A stretch of 64,000 bases of DNA from assembly GCA_038087875.1 (NCBI GenBank), contig JAXLNO010000136.1, positions 62,001 through 126,000 on the forward strand. Direction: 5' to 3'. Position 1 is the stretch's first letter. Every line of letters starts with the position of its first letter. The position numbers and the translations under genes were made by a program. Shown here one piece after another: positions 22,961 through 37,900 of this stretch. Origin of the DNA: Malacoraja senta. Taxonomy: Eukaryota. The notes beneath the pieces were generated by a model. The model saw only the letters and a program-made list of their open reading frames with translations, ran no database searches and had not been told where the DNA came from.

Positions 22961-25900
22961 GCAAGGTCGCCATAAATCCGGCAAGGTCGCAACAAATCCG
23001 GCAAGGTCGCCATATTTCCGTCAAGGTCGCATGAATCCGGCAAGGTCGCCACAAATCCGACAAGGTAGCCATATTTCCGGCAAGGTCGCCATAAAACCGG
23101 CAAGGTCGCCACAAACCCGGCAAGGTCGCCGTATTTCCGGCAAGGTCGCCACAAATCCGGCAAGGTCGCCATATTTCCGGCAAGGTCGCCACAAACCCGG
23201 CAAGGCCTCAAATCCGGCAAGGTCGCCACATTTACGGCGAGGTCGCCATAAATCCGGCTAGGTCGCAATATATCCGGCAAGGTCGCCATAAACACGGCAA
23301 GGTCGCCACATTTCCGGCGAGGTCACCATAAATCCGGCAAGGTCGCCACAAATCCGGCAAGGCCGCTATAAATCCGGCGAGGTCGCCATATATCCGGCAA
23401 GGTCGCCGCAAATCCGGCAAGGTCGCCATATTTCCGGCAAGGTGGCCACAAATCCGGCAAGGTCGCCATAAATCCGGCAAGGTCGCATGAATCCGGAAAG
23501 GTCGCCACAAATCCGGCAAGGTAGCCACATTTCCGGCAAGGTCGCAACAAATCTGGCAAGGTCGCCGCAAATCCGACAAGGTAGCCATATTTCCGGCAAG
23601 GTCGCCATAAATCCGGCAAGGTCGCCACAAATCCGGCAAGGTCGCCATATTTCCGGCAAGGTCGCATGAATCCGGCAAGGTCGCCACAAATCCGGCAAGG
23701 TAGCCATATTTCCGGCAAGGTCGCCATAAATCCAGCAAGGTCGCCACAAATCCGGCAAGGTCGCCATATTTCCGGCAAGGTCGCCACAAATCCGGCAAGG
23801 TCGTCATATTTCCGGCAAGGTCGCCATAAATCCGGCAAGGCCTCAAATCCGGCAAGGTCGCCACATTTACGGCGAGGTCGCCATAAATCCGGCAAGGAGG
23901 CCTCAAATCCGGCAAGGTCGCCACATTTACGGCGAGGTCGCCATAAATCCGGCAAGGTCGCCATAAACACGGCAAGGTCGCCACATTTCCGGCGAGGTCG
24001 CCATAAATCCGGCAAGGTCGCCACAAATCCGGCAAGGTCGCTATAAATCCGGCGAGGTCGCCATATATCCGGCAAGGTCGCCGCAAATCGGCAAGGTCGG
24101 CATATTTCCGGCAAGGTGGCCACAAATCCGGCAAGGTCGCCATAAATCCGGCAAGGTCGCATGAATCCGGCAAGGTCGCCACAAATCCGGCAAGGTAGCC
24201 ACATTTCCGGCAAGGTCGCAACAAATCTGGCAAGGTCGCCGCAAATCCGACAAGGTAGCCATATTTCCGGCAAGGTCGCCATAAATCCGGCAAGGTCGCC
24301 ACAAATCCGGCAAGGTCGCCATATTTCCGGCAAGGTCGCATGAATCCGGCAAGGTCGCCACAAATCCGGCAAGGTAGCCATATTTCCGTCAAGGTCGCCA
24401 TAAATCCGGCAAGGTCGCCACAAATCCGGCAAGGGCGCTATATTTCCGGCAAGGTCGCCCACAAATCCGGCAAGGTCGCCATATTCCCGGCAAGGTCGCC
24501 ATATTTCCGGGAAGGTCGCCATAAATCCGGCAAGGTCACCATATTTCCGTCAACGTCGCCATAAATCCGTCAAAGTCGCCATAAACCCAGCAAGGTGGCC
24601 ACAAATCAGGGAAGGTCGCCATATTTTCGGCGAGATCCCCAGAAATCCGGCAAGGTGGCCTCAAATCCGGCAAGGTCGCCACTTTTTCCGGCGAGGTCGC
24701 CATAAACCCGGCAAGGTCGCCATATTTCCGGCACGGTCGCGATATTTCCGGCAAAGGCGCCATAAATCCGGCAATGGCGCCATATTTCCGGCACGGTCGC
24801 GATAAATCGGGCAAGGTCGCCACAAATCCGGCAAGGTCGCCATATTTCCTGCAAGGTCGCCATAAATCTGGCATGATCGCCAAAATCCGGCAAGGTCGCC
24901 TCAAATCCGGCAAGGTCGCCATATTTCCGGCAAGGTCGCCACAAATCCGGCAAGGTCGTCATATTTCCGGCAAGGTCGCCATAAATCCGGCAAGGCTTCA
25001 AATCCGGCAAGGTCGCCACATTTACGGCGAGGTCGCCATAAATCCGGCAAGGAGGCCTCAAATCCGGCAAGGTCGCCACATTTACGGCGAGGTCGCCATA
25101 AATCCGGCAAGGTCGCCATAAGCACGGCAAGGTCGCCACATTTCCGGCGAGGTCGCCATAAATCCGGCAAGTTCGCCACAAATCCGGCAAGGTCGCTATA
25201 AATCCGGCGAGGTCGCCATATATCCGGCAAGGTCGCCGCAAATCCGGCAAGGTCGCCATATTTCCGGCAAGGTGGCCACAAATCCGGCAAGGTCGCCATA
25301 AATCCGGCAAGGTCGCATGAATCCGGCAAGGTCGCCACAAATCCGGCAAGGTAGCCATATTTCCGGCAAGGATGCCTTAAATCCGGCAAGGTCGCCACAA
25401 ATCCGGCAAGGTCGCTATATTTCCGGCAAGGTCGCCACAAATCCTGGCAAGGTCGCCATATTTCCGGCAAGGTCGCCATAAATTCGGCAAGGCCTCAAAT
25501 CCGGCAAGGTCGCCACATTTACGGCGAGGTCGTCATAAATCCGGCAAGGAGGCCTCAAATCCGGCAAGGTCGCCACATTTACGGCGAGGTCGCCACAAAT
25601 CCCGGCAAGGTCGCCATAAACACGGCAATGTCGCCACATTTCCGGCGAGGTCGCCATAAATCCGGCAAGGTCGCCACAAATCCGGCAAGGTCGTTATAAA
25701 TCCGGAGAGGTCGCCATAATATCCGGCAAGGTCGCCGCAAATCCGGCAAGGTCGCCATATTTCCGGCAAGGTCGCCGCAAATCCGACAAGGTAGCCATAT
25801 TTCCGGCAAGGTCGCCATAAATCCGGCAAGGTCGCCACAAATCCGGCAAGGTCGCCATATTCCGGCAAGGTCGCATGAATCCGGCAAGGTCGCCACAAAT

Positions 25901-28900
25901 CCGGCAAGGTAGCCATATTTCCGGCAAGGTCGCCATAAATCCGGCAAGGGTCGCCTCAAATCCGGCAAGGTCGCCATATTTCCGGCAAGGTCGCCAGAAA
26001 TCCGGCAAGATCGCCATAAATCCGGCAAGGTCGCCACAAATCCGGCAAGGTCGCCATATTTCCGGCACGGTCGCCATAAATCCGGCAATGTCGCCACAAA
26101 TCAAGCAAGGTCGCCATATTTCCGGCAAGGTCGCCATAAATCCGGCACGGCCGCCACAAATCCGGCAAGGTCACCACATTTCCGGCAACGTCGCAACAAA
26201 TCTGTCAAAGTCGCCACAAATCCGACAAGGTCGCCATATTTCCGGCAAAGGTCGCCATAAACCGGCAAGGCTTCAAATCCGGCAAGGTCGCCACATTTAC
26301 GGCGAGGTCGCCATAAATCCGGCAAGGAGGCCTCAAATCCGGCAAGGTCGCCACATTTACGGCGAGGTCGCCATAAATCCGGCAAGGTCGCCATAAGCAC
26401 GGCAAGGTCGCCACATTTCCGGCGAGGTCGCCATAAATCCGGCAAGGTCGCCACAAATCCGGCAAGGTCGCTATAAATCCGGCGAGGTCGCCATATATCC
26501 GGCAAGGTCGCCGCAAATCCGGCAAGGTCGCCATATTTCCGGCAAGGTGGCCACAAATCCGGCAAGGTCGCCATAAATCCGGCAAGGTCGCATGAATCCG
26601 GCAAGGTCGCCACAAATCCGGCAAGGTAGCCATATTTCCGGCAAGGACGCCATAAATCCGGCAAGGTCGCCACAAATCCGGCAAGGTCGCTATATTTCCG
26701 GCAAGGTCGCCACAAATCCGGCAAGGTCGCCACATTTTACGGCGAGGTCGCCATAAATCCGGCAAGGAGGCCTCAAATCCGGCAAGGTCGCCACATTTAC
26801 GGCGAGGTCGCCACAAATACGGCAAGGTCGCCAAAAATACGGCAAGGTCGCCACAAATCTGGCAAGGTCGCTATAAATCCGGCGAGGTCGCCTATATCCG
26901 GCAAGGTCGCCGCAAATCCGGCAAGGTCGCCATATTTCCGGCAAGGTCGCCGCAAATCCGACAAGGTAGCCATATTTCCGGCAAGGTCGCCATAAATCCG
27001 GCAAGGTCGCCACAAATCCGGCAAGGTCGCCATATTCCGGCAAGGTCGCATGAATCCGGCAAGGTCGCCACAAATCCGGCAAGGTAGCCATATTTCCGGC
27101 AAGGTCGCCATAAATCCGGCAAGGTCGCCTCAAATCCGGCAAGGTCGCCATATTTCCGGCAAGGTCGCCACAAAATCCGGCAAGATCGCCATAAATCCGG
27201 CAAGGTCGCCACAAATCCGGCAAGGTCGCCATATTTCCGGCACGGTCGCCATAAATCCGGCAAGGTCGCCACAAATCAAGCAAGGTCGCCATATTTCCGG
27301 CAAGGTCGCCATAAATCCGGCACGGCCGCCACAAATCCGGCAAGTCACCACATTTCCGGCAAGGTCGCAACAAATCTGTCAAAGTCGCCACAAATTTGAC
27401 AAGGTCGCCATATTTCCGGCAAAGGTCGCCATAAATCCCGCAAGGTCGCCACAAATCCGGCAAGGTCGCCATATTTCCGGCAAGGTCGCCATGAATCCGG
27501 CAAGGTCGCCACAAATCCGGCAAGGTAGCCATATTTCCGGCAAGGTCGCCATAAATCCGGCAAGGTCGCCACAAATCCGGCAATGTCGCCATATTTCCGG
27601 GAAGGTCGCCACAAATCCGGCAAGGTCGCCATATTTCCGGTAATGTTACCATAAATCCGGCAAGGTACCCACAAATCCGGCAAGATGGCGTCAAATCCGG
27701 CAAGGTCACCACATTTCAATCAAGGTAGCAATAAATTCGGCAAGGTCGCGTCAAATCGCAAGGTCGCCACATTTCCGGGAATGTCGCCATAGATCCGGCA
27801 AGGTCGCCACAAATCCGGCAAGGTCGCAACATTCCGGCAAGGTCGCCATAAATCCGGCAAGGTCGCCACAAATCCGGCAAGGTCGCCACATTTCCGGCAG
27901 GACGCCGTAAATCCGGCAACGTCGGCACAAATCCGGCAAGGTCGCCACAAATCCGGCAATGTCGCCATATTTCCGGGAAGGTCGCCACAAATCCGGCAAG
28001 GTCGCCATATTTCCGGCAATGTCACCAGAAATCCGGCAAGGTGGCCACAAATCCGGCAAGATGGCGTCAAATCCGGCAAGGTCGCCACATTTCAATCAAG
28101 GTAGCAATAAATTCGGCAAGGTCGCGTCAAATCCGGCAAGGTCGCCACATTTCCGGGAATGTCGCCATAGATCCGGCAAGGTCGCCACAAATCCGGCAAG
28201 GTCGCAACATTCCGGCAAGGTCGCCATAAATCCGGCATCGTCGCCACAAATCCGGCAAGGTCACCACATTTCCGGCAAGGTCGCCATGGATCCGGCAAGG
28301 TCGCCACAAATCCGGTAAGGTCCCACATTTGCGGCAACGTCGCCATAAATCCGGCAAGGTCGCCATATTTCCGGCAACATCGCCATAAATCCGGCAAGGT
28401 CGCCACAAATCCGGCAAGGTCGCCACATTTCAGGCAAGGTCGCCGCATTTCCGGCAACGTCGCCATAAATCCGGCAAGGTGGTCACAAATCCGACAAGGT
28501 CGCCATATATCCGGCAAGGTCGCCACATTTCCGGCAACGACGCCATAAATCCGGCAAGGTCGCCACAAATCCGGCAACGTCGCCACATTTCCGGCAAGGA
28601 CGCCATAAATCCGGCAACGTCGGCACAAATCCGGCAAGATCGCCACATTCCCGGCAAGGTCGCCATATTTCCTGCAACGTCGCCATAAATCCGGCAATGT
28701 TGCCACAAATGCGGCAAGGTCGCCATATTTCCGGCAACGTCGCCATAAATCCGGCAAGGTCGCCATAAATCCGGCAAGGTCGCCACAAATCCGGCAAGGT
28801 CGCCATAAATCTGTCAAGGGCGGCACAAATCCGGCAGTCGCCTATTTCCGGCAAGGTCGCCATTAAATCCGGCAAGGCCGCCACAAATCCGGCAAGATCG

Positions 28901-31900
28901 CCACATTTCATGCAAGGTCGCTTTAAATCTGGCAAGGTCGACACACATCCGACAAGGTCGCCCATATTTCCGGCAAGGTCGCCATAAATCCGGCAAGGTC
29001 GCCAATAAATCCGGCAATGTCGCCATAAATCCGGCAAGGTCGCCACAAATCCGACAAGGTCGCCATATTTTCGTCACGGTCGCCATAAATGCGGCAAGGT
29101 CGCCACAAATCCGGCAAGGTCGCCATATATCCGGCAAGGACGCCATAAATCCGGCAAGGTCGCCACAAATCCGTCAAGGTTGCCATATTCCCGGCAAGGT
29201 CGCCACAAATTCGGCAAGGTCGCCACAAATCCGGCAAGGTCGCCAAATTTCCGGCATGGTCGTCATAAATCCGGCAAGGTGTCCACAAATCCGACAAGGT
29301 AGCCATATTTCCGGCAAGTTTGCCATAAATCCGGCACGGTGGCCACAAATCAGGGAAGGTCGCCACATTTCCGGCAAGGTCGCAACAAATCCGGCAAGGT
29401 CGCCATATTTCCGGCAAGGTCGCCATAAATCCGGCAAGGTCGCCATAAGTCCGTCAAGGTCGACACATTTCCGGCAAGCTCGCAACAAATCTGGCAAGGT
29501 CGCCGCAAATCCGACAAGGTAGCGATATTTCCGGCAGGGTCGCCATAAATCCGGCAAGGTCGCCACAAATCCGGCAAGGTCGCCATATTTCCGGCAAGGT
29601 CGCACGAATCCGGCAAGGTCGCCACAAATCCGGCCAGGTAGCCATATTTCCGGCAACGTCGCCATAAATCCGGCAAGGTCGCCATAAATCCGGCATGGTG
29701 GCCAGAAATCAGGAAGATCGACATATTTCCGGCAAGGTCGCCATAAATCCGGCGTTCGCCATATTTCCGGCAAGATCGCCATAAATCCGGCAAGGTCGCC
29801 ACAAATCCGGCAAGGTCGCCATATTTCCGGCACGGTCGCCATAAATCCGGCAAGGTCGCCACACATCAAGCAAGGTCGCCATATTCCGGCAAGGTCGCCA
29901 TAAATCCCGCAAGGTCGCCACAAATCCGGCAAGGTCGCCATATTTCCGGCAAGGTCGCCATAAATCCGGGAAGGTCGCCACAATTCCGGCAGAGTCGCCT
30001 ATTTCCGGCAAGGTCGCCATCAATCCGGCACGGCCGCCTCAAATCCGGCAAGGTCGCCACATTTCCAGCAAGGTCGCAACAAATCTGGCAAAGTCGCCAC
30101 AAATCCGACAAGGTCGCCATATTTCCGGCAAGGTCGACATAAATCCCGCAAGGTCTCCACAAATCCGGCAAGGTCGCCATATTTCCGGCAAGGTCGCCAT
30201 GAATCCGGCAAGGTCGCCACAAATCCGGCAAGGTAGCCATATTTCCGGCAAGGTCGCCATAAATCCGGCTAAATCCGGCAAGGTCGCCACAAATCCGGCA
30301 AGGTCGCCACAAATCCGGCAATGTCGCCATATTTCCGGCAAGGTCGCCACAAATCCGGCAAGGTTGCCATATTTCCGGCATGGTCGTAATAAATCCGGCA
30401 ATGTCGCCACAAATCCGGCAAGGTAGCCATATTTCCGGCAAGTTCGCCACATTTCAGGCAAGGTCGCAATAAATCTAGCAAGGTCGACACACATCCGACA
30501 AGGTCGCCATATTTCCGGCAAGGACGCCATAAATCCGGCAAGGTCGCCATAAATCCGGCAAGGTCGCCATAAATCCGGCAAGGTCGCCACAAATCCGACA
30601 ATGTCGCCATATTTTCCTCACGGTCGCCATAAATGCGGCAGGGTCGCCACAAATCCGGCAAGGTCGCCAAATTTCCGGCAATGTCGCAACAAATCTGGCA
30701 AAGTCGCCACAATCCGACAAGGTCGCCATATTCCGGCAAGGTCGCCATAAATCCCGCAAGGTCGCCACAAATCCGGCAAGGTCGCCATATTTCCGGCAAG
30801 GTCGTAATAAATCCGGCAAGGTGGCCACAAATCCGACAAGGTAGCCATATTTCCGGCAAGTTCGCCATAAATCCGGCATGGTGGCCACAAATCAGGGAAG
30901 GTCGCCATATTTCCGGCAAGGTCGCCATAAATCCGGCAAGGTCGCCATAAATCCGGCAAGGTCGCCACAAATCCGGCACAGTCGCCTATTTCCGGCAAGG
31001 TCGCCATAAATCCGGCACGGCCGCCACAAATCCGGCAAGGTCGCCACATTTCCGGCAAGGTCGCAACAAATCTGGCAAAGTCGCCACAAATCCGACAAGG
31101 TCGCCATATTTCCGGCAAATTCGCCATAAATCCCGCAAGGTCGCCACAAATCTGGCAAGGTCGCCATATTTCCGGGAAGGTCGCATGAATCCGGCAAGGT
31201 CGCCACAAATCCGGCAAGGTAGCCATATTTCCGGCCAGGTCGCCATAAATCCGGCAAGGTCGCCACAAATCCGACAAGGTCGCCATATTTTCGTCACGGT
31301 CCCCATAAATGCGGCAAGGTCGCCACAAATCCGGCAAGGTCCCACATTTCCGGCAAGGTCGCAACAAATCTGGCAAGTCGCCACAGATCCGACAAGGTCG
31401 CCATATTTCCGGCAAGGTCGCCATAAATCCCGCAAGGTCGCCACAAAACCGGCAAGGTCGCCATATTTCCGGCAAGGTCGTAATAAATCCGGCAAGGTGG
31501 CCACAAATCCGACAAGGTAGCCATATTTCCGGCCAGGTCGCCATAAATCCGGCAAGGTCGGCACAAATCCGGCAAGGTCGTAATAAATCCGGCAAGGAGG
31601 CCACAAATCCGACAAGGTAGCCATATTTCCGGCAAGGTCCCCATAAATCCGGCATGGTGGCCACAAATCCGGCAAGGTCGCCCTATATCCGGCAAGGTCG
31701 CCACAAATCCGGCAAGGTCGCCATTCTCCGGCAAGGTCGCCATAAATCGGCATGGTGGCCACAAATCAGGGAAGGTCGCCATATTTCCGGCAAGGTCACC
31801 ATAAATATGGCAAGTTCGCCATATTTCCGGCAAGATCGCCATAAATCCGGCAAGGTCGCCACAAATCCGACAAGGTCGCCATAAATCCGGCAAGGTCGCC

Positions 31901-34900
31901 ATAAATCCGGCAAGGTCGCCACTAATCCGACAAGGTCGCCATATTTTCGTCACGGTCGCCATAAATGCGGCAAGGTCGCCACAAATCCGGCAAGGTCGCC
32001 AATTCCGGCAAGGTGGCAACAAATCTGGCAAAGTCGCCACAAATCCGACAAGGTCGCCATATTTCCGGCAAGGTCGCCATAAATCCCGCAAGGTCGACAC
32101 AAATCCGGCAAGGTCGGCATATTTCCGGCAAGGTCGTAAAAATCCGGCAAGGTGGCCACAAATCCGACAAGGTAGCCATATTTCCGGCAAGTTCGCCATA
32201 AATCCGGCATGGTGGCCACAAATCAGGGAAGGTCGCCATATTTCCGGCAAGGTCGCCATAAATCCGGCAAGGTCGCCATAAATCCGGCAAGGTCGCCACA
32301 AATCCGGCAGAGTCGCCTATTTCCGGCAAGGTCGCCATAAATCCGGCACGGCCGCCACAAATCCGGCAAGGTCGCCACATTTCCCGCAAGGTCGCAACAA
32401 ATCTGGCAAAGTGGCCACAAATCCGACAAGGTCGCCATATTTCCGGCAAATTCGCCATAAATCCCGGAAGGTCGCCACAAATCTGGCAAGGTCGCCATAT
32501 TTCCGGGAAGGTCGCATGAATCCGGCAAGGTCGCCACAAATCCGGCAAGGCAGCCATATTTCGGCCAGGTCGCCATAAATCCGGCAAGGTCGCCACAAAT
32601 CCGACAAGGTCGCCATATTTTCGTCACGGTCCCCATAAATGCGGCAAGGTCGCCACAAATCCGGCAAGGTCGCCACATTTCCGGCAAGGTCGCAACAAAT
32701 CTGGCAAAGTCGCCACAAATCCGACAAGGTCGCCATATTTCCGGCAAGGTCGCCATAAATCCCGCAAGGTCGCCACAAATCCGGCAAGGTCGCCATATTT
32801 CCGGCAAGGTCGTAATAAATCCGGCAAGTGGCCACAAATCCGACAAGGTAGCCATATTTCCGGCCGGGTCGCCATAAATCCGGCAAGGTCGCCACAAATC
32901 CGGCAAGGTCGTAATAAATCCGGCAAGGAGGCCACAAATCCGAAAAGGTAGCCATATTCCGGCAAGTTCCCCATAAATCCGGCATGGTGGCCACAAATCC
33001 GGCAAGGTCGCCATATCTCCGGCAAGGTCGCCATAAATCCGGCATGGTGGCCACAAATCAGGGAAGGTCGCCATATTTCCGGCAAGGTCGCCATAAATCC
33101 GGCAAGTTCGCCATATTTCCGGCAAGATCGCCATAAATCCGGCAAGGTCGCCACAAATCCGGCAAGGTAGCCATATTTCCGGAAAGGTCGCCATAAATCC
33201 GGCAAGGTCGCCACAAATCCGGCAAGGTCGCCACAAATCCGGCAATGTCGCCATATTTCCGGCAAGGTCGCCACAAATCCGGCATGGTTGCCATATTTCC
33301 GGCATGGTCGTAATAAATCCGGCAATGTCGCCACAAATCCGGCAGGTAGCCATATTTCCGGCAAGTTCGCCACATTTCAGGCAAGGTCGCAATAAATCTA
33401 GCAAGGTCGACACACATCCGACAAGGTCGCCATATTTCCGGCAAGGTCGCCATAAATCCGGCAAGGTCGCCATAAATCCGGCAAGGTCGCCATAAATCCG
33501 CAAGGTCGCCACAAATCCGACAATGTCGCCATATTTTCGTCACGGTCGCCATAAATGCGGCAAGGTCGCCACAAATCCGGCAAGGTCGCCAAATTTCCGG
33601 CAAGGTCGCAACAAATCTGGTAAAGTCGCCACAAATCCGACAAGTTCGCCATATTTCCGGCAAGGTCGCCATAAATCCCGCAAGGTCGCCACAAATCCGG
33701 CAAGGTCGCCATATTTCCGGCAAGGTCGTAATAAATCCGGCAAGGTGGCCACAAATCCGACAAGGTAGCCATATTTCCGGCAAGTTCGCCATAAATCCGG
33801 CATGGTGGCCACAAATCAGGGAAGGTCGCCATAAATCCCGCAAGGTCGCCACAAATCCGGCAAGGTCGCCATATTTCCGGCAAGGTCGTAATAAATCCGG
33901 CAAGGTGGCCACAAATCCGACAAGGTAGCCATATTTCCGGCCAGGTCGCCATAAATCCGGCAAGGTCGCCACAAATCCGGCAAGGTCGTAATAAATCCGG
34001 CAAGGAGGCCACAAATCCGACAAGTAGCCATATTTCCGGCAAGTTCCCATAAATCCGGCATGGTGGCCACAAATCCGGCAAGGTCGCCCTATATCCGGCA
34101 AGGTCGCCACAAATCTGGCAAGGTCGCCATATCTCCGGCAAGGTCGCCATAAATCCGGCATGGTGGCCACAAATCAGGGAAGGTCGCCGTATTTCCGGCA
34201 AGGTCACCCTAAATCCGGCAAGGTCACCATAAATCCGGCAAGTTCGCCATATTTCCGGCAAGGTCGCCATAAATCCGGCAAGGTCACCATAAATCCGGCA
34301 AGGGCGCCACTAATCCGACAAGGTCGGCATATTTTCGTCACGGTCGCCATAAATGCGGCAAGGTCGCCACAAATCCGGCAAGGTCGCCAAATTTCCGGCA
34401 AGGTGGCAACAAATCTGGCAAAGTCGCCACAAATCCGACAAGGTCGCCATATTTCCGGCAAGGTCGCCATAAATCTCGCAAGGTCGCCACAAATCCGGCA
34501 AGGTCGCCATATTTCCGGCAAGGTCGTAATAAATTCGGCAAGTTGGCCACAAATCCGACAAGGTAGCCATATTTCCGGCAAGTTCGCCATAAATCCGGCA
34601 TGGTGGCCACAAATCAGGGAAGGTCGCCATATTTCCGGCAAGGTCGCCATAAATCCGGCAAGGTCGCCATAAATCCGGCAAGGTCGCCACAAATCCGGCA
34701 GAGTCGCCTATTTCCGGCAAGGTCGCCATAAATCCGGCACGGCCGCCACAAATCGGGCAAGGTCGCCACATTTCCCGCAAGGTCGCAACAAATCTGGCAA
34801 AGTCGCCACAAATCCGACAAGGTCGCCATATTTCCGGCAAATTCGCCATAAATCCCGCAAGGTCGCCACAAATCTGGCAAGGTCGCCATATTTCCGGGAA

Positions 34901-37900
34901 GGTCGCATGAATCCGGCAAGGTCGCCACAAATCCGGCAAGGTAGCCATATTTCCGGCCAGGTCGCCATAAATCCGGCAAGGTCGCCACAAATCCGGCAAG
35001 GTCGTAATAAATCCGGCAAGGAGGCCACAAATCCGACAAGGTAGCCATATTTCCGGCAAGTTCCCCATAAATCCGGCATGGTGGCCACAAATCCGGCAAG
35101 GTCGCCATATCTCCGGCAAGGTCGCCATAAATCCGGCATGGTGGCCACAAATCAGGGTAGGTCGCCATATTTCCGGCAAGGGCGCCATAAATCCGGCAAG
35201 TTCGCCATATTTCCGGCAAGATCGCCATAAATCCGGCAAGGTCGCCACAAATACGGCAAGGTCGCCATATTTCCGGCACGGTCGCAATAAATCCGGCAAG
35301 GTCGCCACAAATCCGGCAAGGTCGTCATAAATCCCGCAAGGTCGCCACAAATCCGGCAAGGTCGCCATATTTCCGGCAAGGTCGCCATAAATCCGGCATG
35401 GTCGCCATAAATCCGTCAAGGTCGCCACAATTCCGGCAGAGTCGCCTATTTCCGGCAAGATCGCCATAAATCCGGCACGGCCGCCACAAATCCGGCAAGG
35501 TCGCCACATTTCCCGCAAGGTCGCCACAAATCCGGCAAGGTCGCCATATTTCCGGCAAGGTCGCATGAATCCGGCAAGGTCGCCACAAATCCGGCAAGGT
35601 AGCCATATTTCCGGCAAGGTCGCCATAAATCCGGCAAGGTCGCCACAAATCCGGCAAGGTCGCCATATTTCCGGCAAGGTCGCCACAAATCCGGCAAGGT
35701 CGCCATAGTTCCGGCAAGGTCGCCATAAATCCGGCATGGTGGCCACAAATCAGGGAAGATCGCCATATTTCCGGCAAGGTCGCCATAAATCAGGCGTTCG
35801 CCATATATCCGGCAAGGTCGCCATAAATCCGGCAAGGTCGCCACAAATCCGGCAAGGTCGCCATATTTCCGACACGTTCGCCATAAATCCGGCAAGGTCG
35901 CCACAAATCCGGCAAGGTCGTAATAAGTCCGGCAAGGAGGCCACAAATCCGACAAGGTAGCCATATTTCCGGCAAGTTCCCCATAAATCCGGCATGGTGG
36001 CCACAAATCCGGCAAGGTCGCCCTATATCCGGCAAGGTCGCCACAAATCCGGCAAGGTCGCCATATCTCCGGCAAGGTCGCCATAAATCCGGCATGGTGG
36101 CCACAAATCAGGGAAGGTCGCCATATTTCCGGCAAGGTCACCATAAATCCGGCAAGTTCGCCATATTTCCGGCAAGATCGCCATAAATCCGGCAAGGTTG
36201 CCACAAATCCGGCAAGGTCGCCATAAATCCGGCAAGGTCGCCATAAATCCGGCAAGGTCGCCACTAATCCGACAAGGTCGCCATATTTTCGTCACGGTCG
36301 CCATAAATGCGGCAAGGTCGCCACAAATCCGGCAAGGTCGCCAAATTTCCGGCAAGGTGGCAACAAATCTGGCAAAGTCGCCACAAATCCGACAAGGTCG
36401 CCATATTTCCGGCAAGGTCGCCATAAATCCCGCAAGGTCGCCACAAATCCGGCAAGGTCGCCATATTTCCGGCAAGGTCGTAATAAATCCGGCAAGGTGG
36501 CCACAAATCCGACAAGGTAGCCATATTTCCGGCAAGTTCTCCATAAATCCGGCATGGTGGCCACGAATCAGGGAAGGTCGCCATATTTCCGGCAAGGTCG
36601 CCATAAATCCGGCAAGGTCGCCATAAATCCGGCAAGGTCGCCACAAATCCGGCAGAGTCGCCTATTTCCGGCAAGGTCGCCATAAATCCGGCACGGCCGC
36701 CACAAATCCGGCAAGGTCGCCACATTTCCCGCAAGGTCGCAACAAATCTGGCAAAGTCGCCACAAATCCGACAAGATCGCCATATTTCCGGCAAATTCGA
36801 CATAAATCCCGCAAGGTCGCCACAAATCTGGCAAGGTCGCCATATTTCCGGGAAGGTCGCATGAATCCGGCAAGGTCGCCACAAATCCGGCAAGGTAGCC
36901 ATATTTCCGGCCAGGTCGCCATAAATCCGGCAAGGTCGCCACAAATCCGACAAGGTCGCCATATTTTCGTCACAGTCCCCATAAATGCGGCAAGGTCGCC
37001 ACAAATCCGGCAAGGTCGCCACATTTCCGACAAGGTCGCAACAAATCTGGCAAAGTCGCCACAAATCCGACAAGGTCGCCATATTTCCGGCAAGGTCGCC
37101 ATAAATCCCGCAAGGTCGCCACAAATCCGGCAAGGTCGCCATATTTCCGGCAAGGTCGTAATAAATCCGGCAAGGTGGCCACAAATCCGACAAGGTAGCC
37201 ATATTTCCGGCCAGGTCGCCATAAATCCGGCAAGGTCGCCACAAATCCGGCAAGGTCGTAATAAATCCGGCAAGGAGGCCACAAATCCGACAAGGTAGCC
37301 ATATTTCCGGCAAGTTCCCCATAAATCCGGCATGGTGGCCACAAATCCGGCAAGGTCGCCATATCTCCGGCAAGGTCGCCATAAATCCGGCATGGTGGCC
37401 ACAAATCAGGGAAGGTCGCCATATTTCCGGCAAGGTCGCTATAAATCCGGCAAGTTCGCCATATTTCCGGCAAGATCGCCATAAATCCGGCAAGGTCGCC
37501 ACAAATCCGGCAAGGTCGCCATATTTCCGGCATGGTCGCAATAAATCCGGCAAGGTCGCCACAAATCCGGCAAGGTCGCCATAAATCCCGCAAGGTCGCC
37601 ACAAATCCGGCAAGGTCGCCATATTTCCGGCAAGGTCGCCATAAATCCGGCAAGGTCGCCATAAATCCGTCAAGGTCGCCACATTTCCGGCAAGGTCGCA
37701 ACAAATCTGGCAAGGTCGCCGCAAATCCGACAAGGCAGCCATATTTCCGGCAAGGTCGCCATAAATCCGGCAAGGTCGCACAAATCCGGCAAGGTCGCCA
37801 TATTTCCGGCAAGGTCGCATGAATCCGGCAAGGTCGCCACAAATCCGGCAAGGTAGCCATATTTCCGGCAAGGTCGCCATAAATCCGGCAAGGTCGCCAC

